Shown piece after piece: positions 9,328-16,992 of a stretch of 64,000 bases of DNA. Below the pieces are notes generated by a model. That model was not told where the DNA came from. It did not search any database and saw only the letters and a program-made list of their open reading frames with translations. The position numbers were made by a program, and so were the translations under genes. The stretch lies in contig CAYPKR010000002.1 of NCBI GenBank assembly GCA_964411375.1, positions 129,960 to 193,959 of the forward strand, given 5' to 3'. Numbering within the stretch: the stretch's first letter is position 1; each line of letters starts with the position of its first letter. The stretch comes from an uncultured Candidatus Saccharibacteria bacterium (GTDB lineage Bacteria; Patescibacteriota; Minisyncoccia; Phycocordibacterales; UBA12088).

Positions 9328-11313
9328 ATGCAAACACTTCCCATTAATACTAAAACAATAGACCTGGAAGAAGCAGGGACTCTGCTCGGGGTTTCGGGCG
9401 CAACCATACGAAATTGGATCAGACATAGCTATATCACCCCTGAAAACACCACTAATAAGAAAATGGTGTTTAAACATGCCGAGATACAAGAGCTGAAAAA
9501 CAAAATCGAATCTGGAGAAATAAGTCGTTTGAGCAAACGTGCCAACAAAAGGAATTCATCAAATACTTTTATTCCTGATGAGTATGCCGACAACGACGAG
9601 GTCTATGTACTTGTAAAAGAGATTATCGATATTTATCGATCAAATGATCTCAACAAAGATAGCGTCATATTTTCCTTATTGCTTAACGTACTTAAGAACG
9701 TTGGATTAGTTGAATACCCGACGACTTTTGATATTTCGAAGATCACCTTTAAAAGCAAAACAGTAGAACAAGAGCTTAGTTGGTGGCTAAAAAACGCGCA
9801 GCATAATTTGGCCTCAAATAACTATAGCGATCTCTTGAATATTGATCTGCCAAAGGTTAATGACATCGTTGGACTCATTTATCAGTCCTTAAGTAATGAG
9901 GGGGATAAAGCAGAAGGCGGTTCTTATTACACTCCCAAGGTGGTAGTGGATGAGGCTGTAGAAAGATATATTAAACAGGACTTACTTGTTCTCGATCCAT
10001 GCTGTGGTACAGGTCAGTTTCTTCTATCGGCCTCTAAGAAAATTAAAAATCCAAGCAATATTTGGGGTTTCGATATAGATGAAAAAGCCGTAAGAATAGC
10101 GAGATTGAATCTCTTGGCTCAATACCCAAGGGAAGACTTTGTACCAAATATTTTTCATAGAAATACACTTCTTTCTTCGAGAGGTCTTTTTGGGAACGAT
10201 ACTCCTGAATTTGATGTAGTAATAACCAATCCGCCTTGGGGAGTACATTTTTCTTCCTCTGAAATTAGAGAGCTGGGGGCACTCTATCCATATATAAATT
10301 CCAACGAAGCTTTCTCATATTTTATCGCTAGAGGCTTAGAATTCTTAAAAGAAGGCGGCGTTTTGTCGTACATTCTTCCAGAATCAATTTTGAATGTTAA
10401 ATCTCACAGAGACATTCGAGAGATACTGCTTACAAAAACAAGAATAAAGAAAGTTAAGCATCTTGATAGAGTCTTTAAAAATGTTTTTACGCCGGTGATT
10501 AGGCTTGATGTGGCTAAATTAACTCCTGAAGATACAGATGAGTTTGAGGTTGAAAAAGCAGAATTGAAACACACAATTAAGCAATCCCGCTTGAAGAATA
10601 ACAATGATTATTTGTTTGATGTATTTAATGGAGATCAAGAACTAGGTATTTTTGAGAAAGTCTATAGTGTCGATCATACAACTCTTAAAAATAACGCCGA
10701 ATGGGCATTGGGCGTAGTAACCGGAGACAACAAGAAACATCTTAAAGAGACTAAATCGAGTGAATTTGAACCCATTTTAACCGGCAAAGAAATAAAGAGG
10801 TTTATAGTGGCTCAACCAAAGAATTTTATTAAATTTGAACCTGGTAAATTCCAGCAGGTAGCTCCGGAATATAAATATAGGGTGCCAGAGAAACTCATTT
10901 ATAAGTTCATCTCAAAGGACTTGGTATTTTCCTATGACAATCAGCAAACCCTTACATTAAATAGCGCAAATATTCTTATCCCGGAGGTAGAAAATTACCC
11001 AGTAAAAACTATTCTCGCGCTATTTAATTCATCGCTTTATCAATTCATATACCAGAAAAAGTTTGGTGCTATAAAAATCTTGAGAAGTGATCTTGAACAA
11101 TTACCGCTCCCCATCCTTCCAGCGAATCAGCATGAAAGATTGAACTTACTTGTTGAGAGATTGCTTGATACTGATCTTGGATTAGAGGAAAGAAAATCGG
11201 AATATCTCAAACTTGATAATGCTATATTATCCCTGTTTTCCTTAAGCAAGGTTGAACAGGAATATATAAGATCAAACGTAAAAATGTCGGACAAATTATT
11301 AAACTTTCAATAA
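9328..11313 (+). CDS. N6-adenine DNA methyltransferase (gamma class, TaqI/Eco57I-like) with an N-terminal HTH
   Basis: GSYYTP, motif I DPCCGTGQF and motif IV NPPW; N-terminal HTH LEEAGTLLGVSGATIRNWI. Confidence 0.92.
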   Translation: MQTLPINTKTIDLEEAGTLLGVSGATIRNWIRHSYITPENTTNKKMVFKHAEIQELKNKIESGEISRLSKRANKRNSSNTFIPDEYADNDEVYVLVKEIIDIYRSNDLNKDSVIFSLLLNVLKNVGLVEYPTTFDISKITFKSKTVEQELSWWLKNAQHNLASNNYSDLLNIDLPKVNDIVGLIYQSLSNEGDKAEGGSYYTPKVVVDEAVERYIKQDLLVLDPCCGTGQFLLSASKKIKNPSNIWGFDIDEKAVRIARLNLLAQYPREDFVPNIFHRNTLLSSRGLFGNDTPEFDVVITNPPWGVHFSSSEIRELGALYPYINSNEAFSYFIARGLEFLKEGGVLSYILPESILNVKSHRDIREILLTKTRIKKVKHLDRVFKNVFTPVIRLDVAKLTPEDTDEFEVEKAELKHTIKQSRLKNNNDYLFDVFNGDQELGIFEKVYSVDHTTLKNNAEWALGVVTGDNKKHLKETKSSEFEPILTGKEIKRFIVAQPKNFIKFEPGKFQQVAPEYKYRVPEKLIYKFISKDLVFSYDNQQTLTLNSANILIPEVENYPVKTILALFNSSLYQFIYQKKFGAIKILRSDLEQLPLPILPANQHERLNLLVERLLDTDLGLEERKSEYLKLDNAILSLFSLSKVEQEYIRSNVKMSDKLLNFQ

Positions 11314-11316
11314 AAC

Positions 11317-12057
11317 ATGCAACTTCTAAAGGAAAAACTTAATCAGTTAATCGATGAGCTCTCCGCAGATAAAAAGGAGATGATACGGGGACGGCTTGCC
11401 GATCTTATCTCCGTATACCCGTTCAATGAGTACGAATATATAATCTCCTCCCTTATGGGTTTTGGAAAGATTACGCTCGATGATTACCTTGAAATCAGGG
11501 ATGAATATATCGCACGAAACATGTATCTCTATATCTTCGAAATAGGCTCGCCTCGCGGTTTCGGAGAGCAATGGGCTCAAGGTCATCTTAAAGAGTTGGT
11601 TCCGGAGCTAGTAAAGCCCACAAAGAAAGTAGAGGAAAACTACAAGGGAGATTATGATTTTTTATTACCCAATCAGGATGATCTGATAAGAATTGAAGTA
11701 AAAGCCTCGAGAGCAGTTGATGGAGCTAGTGCTGAACCTTTGTATGTAAAAGCTCTTGCTTTCGAAAACAAGCAACCTTTCTGGATGAACTTTCAACAGA
11801 TTAAGCCAGCTCACTGTGATGTGTTTGTGTGGGTTGCTGTGTGGAGAGACGTGATCAAATACTGGGTGCTCTCATCGGATGAAGTAAAAGCAAATAAATA
11901 CTATTCTAAAGGCCAACATAGAGGAAATGTTGGAGAAGGCCAGTTGCATATTAAGGATGACAATATTAAGGATTTTCAGATTTACGAAGTCAAACCAAAC
12001 GAACTTAAAGACGCTATCGTTAGAGCGTACGAGCGACAGAAAGGTATCACTAAGTAA
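11317..12057 (+). CDS. Probable type II restriction endonuclease (PD-(D/E)xK)
   Basis: DYDF...IRIEVKAS motif; starts 3 nt after the MTase stop. Confidence 0.75.
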   Translation: MQLLKEKLNQLIDELSADKKEMIRGRLADLISVYPFNEYEYIISSLMGFGKITLDDYLEIRDEYIARNMYLYIFEIGSPRGFGEQWAQGHLKELVPELVKPTKKVEENYKGDYDFLLPNQDDLIRIEVKASRAVDGASAEPLYVKALAFENKQPFWMNFQQIKPAHCDVFVWVAVWRDVIKYWVLSSDEVKANKYYSKGQHRGNVGEGQLHIKDDNIKDFQIYEVKPNELKDAIVRAYERQKGITK

Positions 12058-12150
12058 CGATGCCTTTTGAGCATTTCGGATATGAGACAAAAGTGTCTTA
12101 TTTCTGAAAAGCTGACTGGAAGTTAGCTTAAACCTTACTTCCAGTACAAA

Positions 12151-12813
12151 ATGATTATGAAGATGAAAAAGGCCTTACTGGCCAGGACATATACACTCAA
12201 TACGAACCGGTCCGTGGGTAAAGCAACCACGTATCTGTTTTCTATATCAGCCATTACCGGCGAATTGCGATCCGCGCTTAAGGATTTTGCGGATGTTGAG
12301 CGGCCGGCCGAGATCGTAAAGACCAGCGATCCGGCTATTCAAGCTCTCGTCGGCGCACTCAATCGAAACAGCGAAAGCATCGAATCCATGACACGTGCCT
12401 ATCTTACTGCTTTGAATAAAATTGCAGATTTGGAAACGAGCGTTGCGAAACTCACGGCCGAAGGCGCAGCGTACGGCCTTGCCGGCAAGCGAACTAAACC
12501 AGCAGACAAAAAGACAATCTATCTTTCGAACGATGGCGACTTATACCGCGAGCCGAAAGCGAAGCATTGTTATGCGATGGGCAAGGAAAAGCAACGCCAG
12601 AAGATCGTGCGGGTCCTACTTGAAAGGAAGACCTATGTGCCCACGGATGCGCTCGTGGAGCTCTCCGGCAGTAAGAATCGCAAATCACTGCACAACGCGA
12701 AACTCATGATCAATCGCAAAGTGCGGTACGCGCTGGGTATTGAAAACTTTATCGTCGGCCGCGCGGTAAGCGGCTACAAACTCAATCCGGAATACAAAAT
12801 AAAGCAGGTGTAG
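12151..12813 (+). CDS. Hypothetical protein with a coiled coil and probable C-terminal winged HTH
   Basis: Basic C-terminus ending in GYKLNP, resembling a wing. Confidence 0.6.
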   Translation: MIMKMKKALLARTYTLNTNRSVGKATTYLFSISAITGELRSALKDFADVERPAEIVKTSDPAIQALVGALNRNSESIESMTRAYLTALNKIADLETSVAKLTAEGAAYGLAGKRTKPADKKTIYLSNDGDLYREPKAKHCYAMGKEKQRQKIVRVLLERKTYVPTDALVELSGSKNRKSLHNAKLMINRKVRYALGIENFIVGRAVSGYKLNPEYKIKQV

Positions 12814-12962
12814 CTCTGGTGTAGTTAATAAGTTGGTACTGCAAGCAGCAAAACGGCTGCTTTTTTCGTATCTGGCTACACGTCCGCAGTATGGTAAACG
12901 CCCATTCATGCTTGCAACAATAAAAGCGTGTGAGAGGAAGTTAATGACAATGAAAATGCCAC

Positions 12963-13205
12963 ATGCAAAACAATTATTACAAAACCGCCGATCTGGCATT
13001 GGTCGCGGTGCTTTTATTATTCATTCCTGATTCTCTGGAGGTCGTGGATCGGGGAAATCCGCACAAGGTGCTCTTTTGTTTCGGCAAGAGCCCTGACTTG
13101 GATTCTCTGGTGAAGCGATACTGGAATCGCGAGCTTGTGGTCGAACCGCAGGCGTTCTTCAACCAGCTCAAACAGGTCAAAGTACGGATTTATGCCGAGG
13201 ACTAA
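12963..13205 (+). CDS. DUF5659-like small mobile-element protein
   Basis: YKTADLALVAVL...KVLFCF...YWNRELVVEPQAFF pattern. Confidence 0.7.
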   Translation: MQNNYYKTADLALVAVLLLFIPDSLEVVDRGNPHKVLFCFGKSPDLDSLVKRYWNRELVVEPQAFFNQLKQVKVRIYAED

Positions 13206-13210
13206 GACCT

Positions 13211-13420
13211 GTGAAAATCAAACCGGAAACGCTGGAGAAACTCCGCGCGATCCTGAAGCACGACTTCAGTCTTGAGGTAAGCGACCAAGACCTGCACGAC
13301 ATCGCCTTCAATCTGGTGCGGTACTACGACGCGCTATCGCGGTTTTACGTCGAGGACATCACGAGCGGCCGCACGCTCATCGAACCCTATGACACCCAAC
13401 CCAAGCGAACAAAAGCATAA
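13211..13420 (+). CDS. Small hypothetical element backbone protein
   Basis: GTG start 5 nt after the previous stop; helical, 69 aa. Confidence 0.6.
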   Translation: MKIKPETLEKLRAILKHDFSLEVSDQDLHDIAFNLVRYYDALSRFYVEDITSGRTLIEPYDTQPKRTKA

Positions 13421-13961
13421 GGTCCGAGACTACCGCGAAGCGCCGTTTGCCTACCAAGACAAACCAGCCTTGCGCTTTATGCGCCAGGAATGGATCGACA
13501 AAAGAATAAGCGACGATGCATATCGCAACCTGCGCAACGTGTACTGTGCGCTTACCGAGATCGCATCGAATAAAGCGAGCCAAACCATCGAAGCGTCGAA
13601 TAAGACGATGCTTCTCTACTGTGGGCTCAAAGACTGGCGGACGATTAAGAAATGCTTGGACACGCTCGAAGTGTGGGCGTTTATCGCGATCACCAAAGTT
13701 CGCGGCGCGGATGCCAAGTTCAAGCCGCGAAGCATCACACTTCTTTCCGTCCTACATCTGGCGCAGGATGGTGGCCGATCTGCACGTGAAGCCATACGGC
13801 AAAGCACGCACACAGGCTGCGAGGCAGAAGATAAAGAAGCTAAGGGATTAAAAGAAATTAAAGAAAATTATAAAGAAACTAGCGGTGACTTCGAGAAAAT
13901 AAAGGAAATTCGGCAAATGAAGGCTCAATTACTGAAGAAAATGAGTATGCGAGGCAAATAA
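13389..13961 (+). CDS. Putative replication-initiator-like HTH protein
   Basis: HTH-like segment (LLYCGLKDWRTIKKCLDTLE) followed by a charged KEIKENYKE tail; phased repeats lie just downstream. Confidence 0.5.
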   Translation: MTPNPSEQKHKVRDYREAPFAYQDKPALRFMRQEWIDKRISDDAYRNLRNVYCALTEIASNKASQTIEASNKTMLLYCGLKDWRTIKKCLDTLEVWAFIAITKVRGADAKFKPRSITLLSVLHLAQDGGRSAREAIRQSTHTGCEAEDKEAKGLKEIKENYKETSGDFEKIKEIRQMKAQLLKKMSMRGK

Positions 13962-13997
13962 TCATCTAACCAGAACCCACCAGTATTAACCGTTTTT

Positions 13998-14067
13998 CGG
14001 CAAGATTCGGCAGTAAACGGCAATGATTCGAGCAAAATAATTACAGGATTCTACAGGAAATTACAGG
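13998..14067. repeat. Helically phased direct repeats (CGGCA x3, TACAGG x3; 10-bp period)
   Basis: CGGCA at 13998, 14008 and 14018; TACAGG at 14042, 14052 and 14062. Confidence 0.75.
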
Positions 14068-14085
14068 GTTTTGAGGAAAAAGGAA

Positions 14086-14130
14086 TGTGGGTAACTCAAG
14101 CTTAGCAGCTGCAAGAAAAGAGCATATGGT
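14086..14130 (+). promoter_or_regulatory. DnaA-box-like TGTGGGTAACT plus TTAGCA-17-TATGGT promoter of the recombinase
   Basis: Shares TGTGGGTAACT and AAAAGAGCATA.GGT with 5596-5649. Confidence 0.5.
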
Positions 14131-14175
14131 GTGTCTGGTACCGAACGTCGAATTCGAACCGCTTTTATCAACTAA

Positions 14176-15792
14176 ATGATTATGACTATGAATCAAGAAA
14201 ATCAACCCTTACGCGCCGTCGGCTACGCTCGCGTGTCGTCCAAGGATCAGGAAGACACCGGCTATTCGCTGCCGGCGCAAGAAAAGCTTCTGCGGGATTA
14301 TGCCGACCGGAATGGCTACGATCTGGTCAAAGTATTTGCCATTCAAGAATCGGCCGCGGGCAAGGTCCAGCGCAAGATATTTCACGAAATGATGGAGTAT
14401 GTGTCGAAAGCGAAAATCACTACGATCTTCGTCGAGACGACTGACCGCCTTACGCGCAACTTCGCCGATGTGCCGGTTATCGACGAGTGGATTCTTGCCG
14501 ACGAGAAGCACATGATCCATCTCGTCAAAGAAAGCTGCACGCTCCATAAAGACTCGAAATCTCACGAATGGTTTATGTGGCGCGTGAAAGTTGCTACAGC
14601 CGAGTACTACATCCGGCTCCTTTCCGAGAACGTGAAGAAAGGCCAGAAAGAAAAGCTGGCGCAAGGCTGGCTACCGACACGGCCGCCGCTTGGCTATAAA
14701 ACCATCGGCGAGAAAGGACATAAAATCCATGTGCTCGATGAGGACAAAGCGCCGATCGTCAAAAGAATGTTCGAACTGTATGCTACCAACATCAGCTCGA
14801 CCAAAAAGCTTGCCGATGAAATGTACCGGCTCGGTATGCGCTCGCGTGGAGGCAACAAGGTAAGCCACTCACGCGTGCACCAGCTCCTTGGCGATCCGTT
14901 CTATTACGGTATGAACCGCTGGAACGGCAAAGTCGCGCAAGGCAATCATGAGCCTCTGATCACCAAAGAATTATTTATGCGATGCCAAGACATCATGCAC
15001 AGCAACGGCACGCCAAAATACAACAAACACAATTCGCTTTTTAAGAACGTGTTTAAGTGCGAGGAATGCAAAGGCCGCGTAACATGGGAGATACAGAAAG
15101 GCCACTGGTACGGACACTGCAACCATTACAAGAATTGCACGCAGCGCGAATATGTCCGGCAAGAAACGGTCGATGAGCAAGTCATGGAAAATATCGAGCA
15201 GTTAAGCTCAAAGCATGACGAAGCCATCGAGCATATGCTCACCTGGGTCCAAGAAGCTCTCAAGGAAAGCCACAGCGAGGAAATAGAATTTAGGGAAAAG
15301 GCCACCGGCGAGCTTGAACGACGTTATCAAATGGCAACCCAGCGGCTCGACAAGATATATGACGATAAGATCGACGGCAAAATCAGCGAGGAGTTCTATC
15401 AGAAAAAGTATGCTCAATACAAGCTTGAGCAGGAAGAAGTGATGGATAGCCTCAATAAGCATAAGAATGCCAATCTCAAGTACTACGACATGGGCTCGAC
15501 GTTCTTGCAGATGGCCAAGGAGGCACGAAGGATTTACCTCAACCGAAGCACTATCGAGATGGTCGATGACAAGAAGCTCTTAATGTCTCTATTATTTTCG
15601 AACTCGACCATAAATAGCAAGAAAGTTGATATTTCATACCATAAAGCCTTCAAAATCATCTCCGATCGCGTGATGCAGATGTTGGGAGAAAAAATACCCA
15701 AAAATAAAACTTTCGAACCGCCAAAAAAGCCCGTCAATAAAGGAAAAACACCAGCTTTCGCTGATGTTAATCCTATCTGGCTCCGGCGGTAG
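14176..15792 (+). CDS. Large serine recombinase (integrase)
   Basis: Catalytic YARVSS, DRLTRN, PPLGY and HEPLIT motifs, zinc ribbon CEEC..CNHYKNC and a coiled coil; the last 5 codons overlap tRNA-Asn. Confidence 0.96.
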   Translation: MIMTMNQENQPLRAVGYARVSSKDQEDTGYSLPAQEKLLRDYADRNGYDLVKVFAIQESAAGKVQRKIFHEMMEYVSKAKITTIFVETTDRLTRNFADVPVIDEWILADEKHMIHLVKESCTLHKDSKSHEWFMWRVKVATAEYYIRLLSENVKKGQKEKLAQGWLPTRPPLGYKTIGEKGHKIHVLDEDKAPIVKRMFELYATNISSTKKLADEMYRLGMRSRGGNKVSHSRVHQLLGDPFYYGMNRWNGKVAQGNHEPLITKELFMRCQDIMHSNGTPKYNKHNSLFKNVFKCEECKGRVTWEIQKGHWYGHCNHYKNCTQREYVRQETVDEQVMENIEQLSSKHDEAIEHMLTWVQEALKESHSEEIEFREKATGELERRYQMATQRLDKIYDDKIDGKISEEFYQKKYAQYKLEQEEVMDSLNKHKNANLKYYDMGSTFLQMAKEARRIYLNRSTIEMVDDKKLLMSLLFSNSTINSKKVDISYHKAFKIISDRVMQMLGEKIPKNKTFEPPKKPVNKGKTPAFADVNPIWLRR

Positions 15793-15852
15793 GATTCGAA
15801 CCTACAACCAACGCGTTAACAGCGCGCTGCTCTACCATTGAGCTACACCGGA
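15778..15852 (-). tRNA. tRNA-Asn (GTT)
   Basis: TCCGGTGTAGCTCAATGGTAGAGCAGCGCGCTGTTAACGCGTTGGTTGTAGGTTCGAATCCTACCGCCGGAGCCA folds as a cloverleaf. Confidence 0.98.
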
Positions 15853-15959
15853 ATGTGGCGCCATTCTAACCAAAAACTGTCTAGGGCGCAATGTATTTAC
15901 AACACAACGATTGTTCTATTCTGTCGAGACTGCCTCGAAAACGCTAAGAGTATACTAGT

Positions 15960-16125
15960 GCATCTGGTGCTTTTCTGACGAGGTGCTGGATAGGATTTTG
16001 TCGGCCATTGGTATCGAGAAAATCCTTTCATGTCTACCAGCATCAATAAGTCGCGAGTACCGCGAGAAGGTGCTTGGAGTTAACTAAAAATCCGCCGGCA
16101 GAGAATCTGCTTCGGCGGATTCTTT
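15960..16125 (+). ncRNA. Candidate structured ncRNA (6S-like long hairpin) with its own terminator
   Basis: TATACT at 15951-15956; nested stems GGTGCTGG/CCAGCATC, AGGATTTT/AAAATCCT and TCGCG/CGCGA; terminator at 16089-16125; no ORF. Confidence 0.5.
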
Positions 16126-16184
16126 GTATATTTAACAGGTACACCTTCACTCTCTCTCCATGAATGACTTCGTATAATTGCCGA

Positions 16185-16766
16185 ATGCGAACGATTGTAG
16201 CTACGGCAACTATTTTGACGCTTCTTCCCTTCCCCGCACTCGCCGCTACAAAAACAGTGACCGGCTATTCCGAAGATCACGCCGAGGCGTACTTTTCTTC
16301 GACCCAAGGATGTGAAGATGTCGTAGTTGGCGTATCGGTTGTTGAACCCGAAAAAATAATTCCGGAGGCGCCGCTTGCGCCGACGCAAGCGTTTGTCTTT
16401 GGTACCTTCAACAATATCTGCGATATCGGCTCGAGCTACAGCTTTGCCGAAAATGTTACGCTCAATCCAAGCGAATTTGATCAGAAGAAATTACAGAATG
16501 CGACTCTACACCTCATCCGAAATATTGGCGGATTTGATGTCGTGATCAATCTCGATTGGAATGGTGTCGACAAAAAGCAGAAAAATAAAAACACCGTGCG
16601 CACCAAGAACGATGGAATCGTAATTCGCGATACTGACGTGATCGCTTCGCGCGCTGCCGATATCACCGGAACATTTACCGTAAACGGAATTGAGTATGCC
16701 GGAAATTCCACGATAACCGGCGGACTTTCAACTATCCGAGCCCATACGGTACAGAAAACGAAATAG
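16185..16766 (+). CDS. Secreted hypothetical beta-rich protein
   Basis: Signal peptide MRTIVATATILTLLPFPALA; TATAAT 6 nt upstream. Confidence 0.75.
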   Translation: MRTIVATATILTLLPFPALAATKTVTGYSEDHAEAYFSSTQGCEDVVVGVSVVEPEKIIPEAPLAPTQAFVFGTFNNICDIGSSYSFAENVTLNPSEFDQKKLQNATLHLIRNIGGFDVVINLDWNGVDKKQKNKNTVRTKNDGIVIRDTDVIASRAADITGTFTVNGIEYAGNSTITGGLSTIRAHTVQKTK

Positions 16767-16770
16767 TATT

Positions 16771-16992
16771 CTATCGATGTGGGCAACCAACCCAACAACA
16801 TGGTCGGCGCATTCCGCCCGAGAGTTTTGATATTGCTTTCTTCAGTCTGATATCTCTTGTCTCTTTCCTTTTTCCAGACGTAACCCAACAAATCCATTCA
16901 TTCTTGGCGAGCGGCGTAATATCTTCCCATACCGTTTTCGCTTTGGGACTCGATGCAATCGCTTTTTTCAAATCAGGAGGAAGTGTGTGCAT
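16771..16992 (-). CDS. YdeI/OmpD-associated family protein
   Basis: LPPDLKKA, WEDITPLAKNEWICWV and RRPCCWxGC motifs. Confidence 0.85.
   Translation of the reverse strand: MHTLPPDLKKAIASSPKAKTVWEDITPLAKNEWICWVTSGKRKETRDIRLKKAISKLSGGMRRPCCWVGCPHR

Larger units (their letters stand above)
5369..15783. mobile_element. ~10.4-kb serine-recombinase integrative element inserted at the 3' end of tRNA-Asn
   Basis: The recombinase gene runs into the tRNA 3' end. A GCTC core is shared at 5368-5371 and 15780-15783, and an in-frame recombinase-like tail sits at the left junction. The cargo is AT-rich and defence-type. Confidence 0.8.

Noticed and set aside
13998-14070. Possible CRISPR array
   Set aside because: The 5-6-bp units have a 10-bp period with no spacers, and there are no cas genes in the window.
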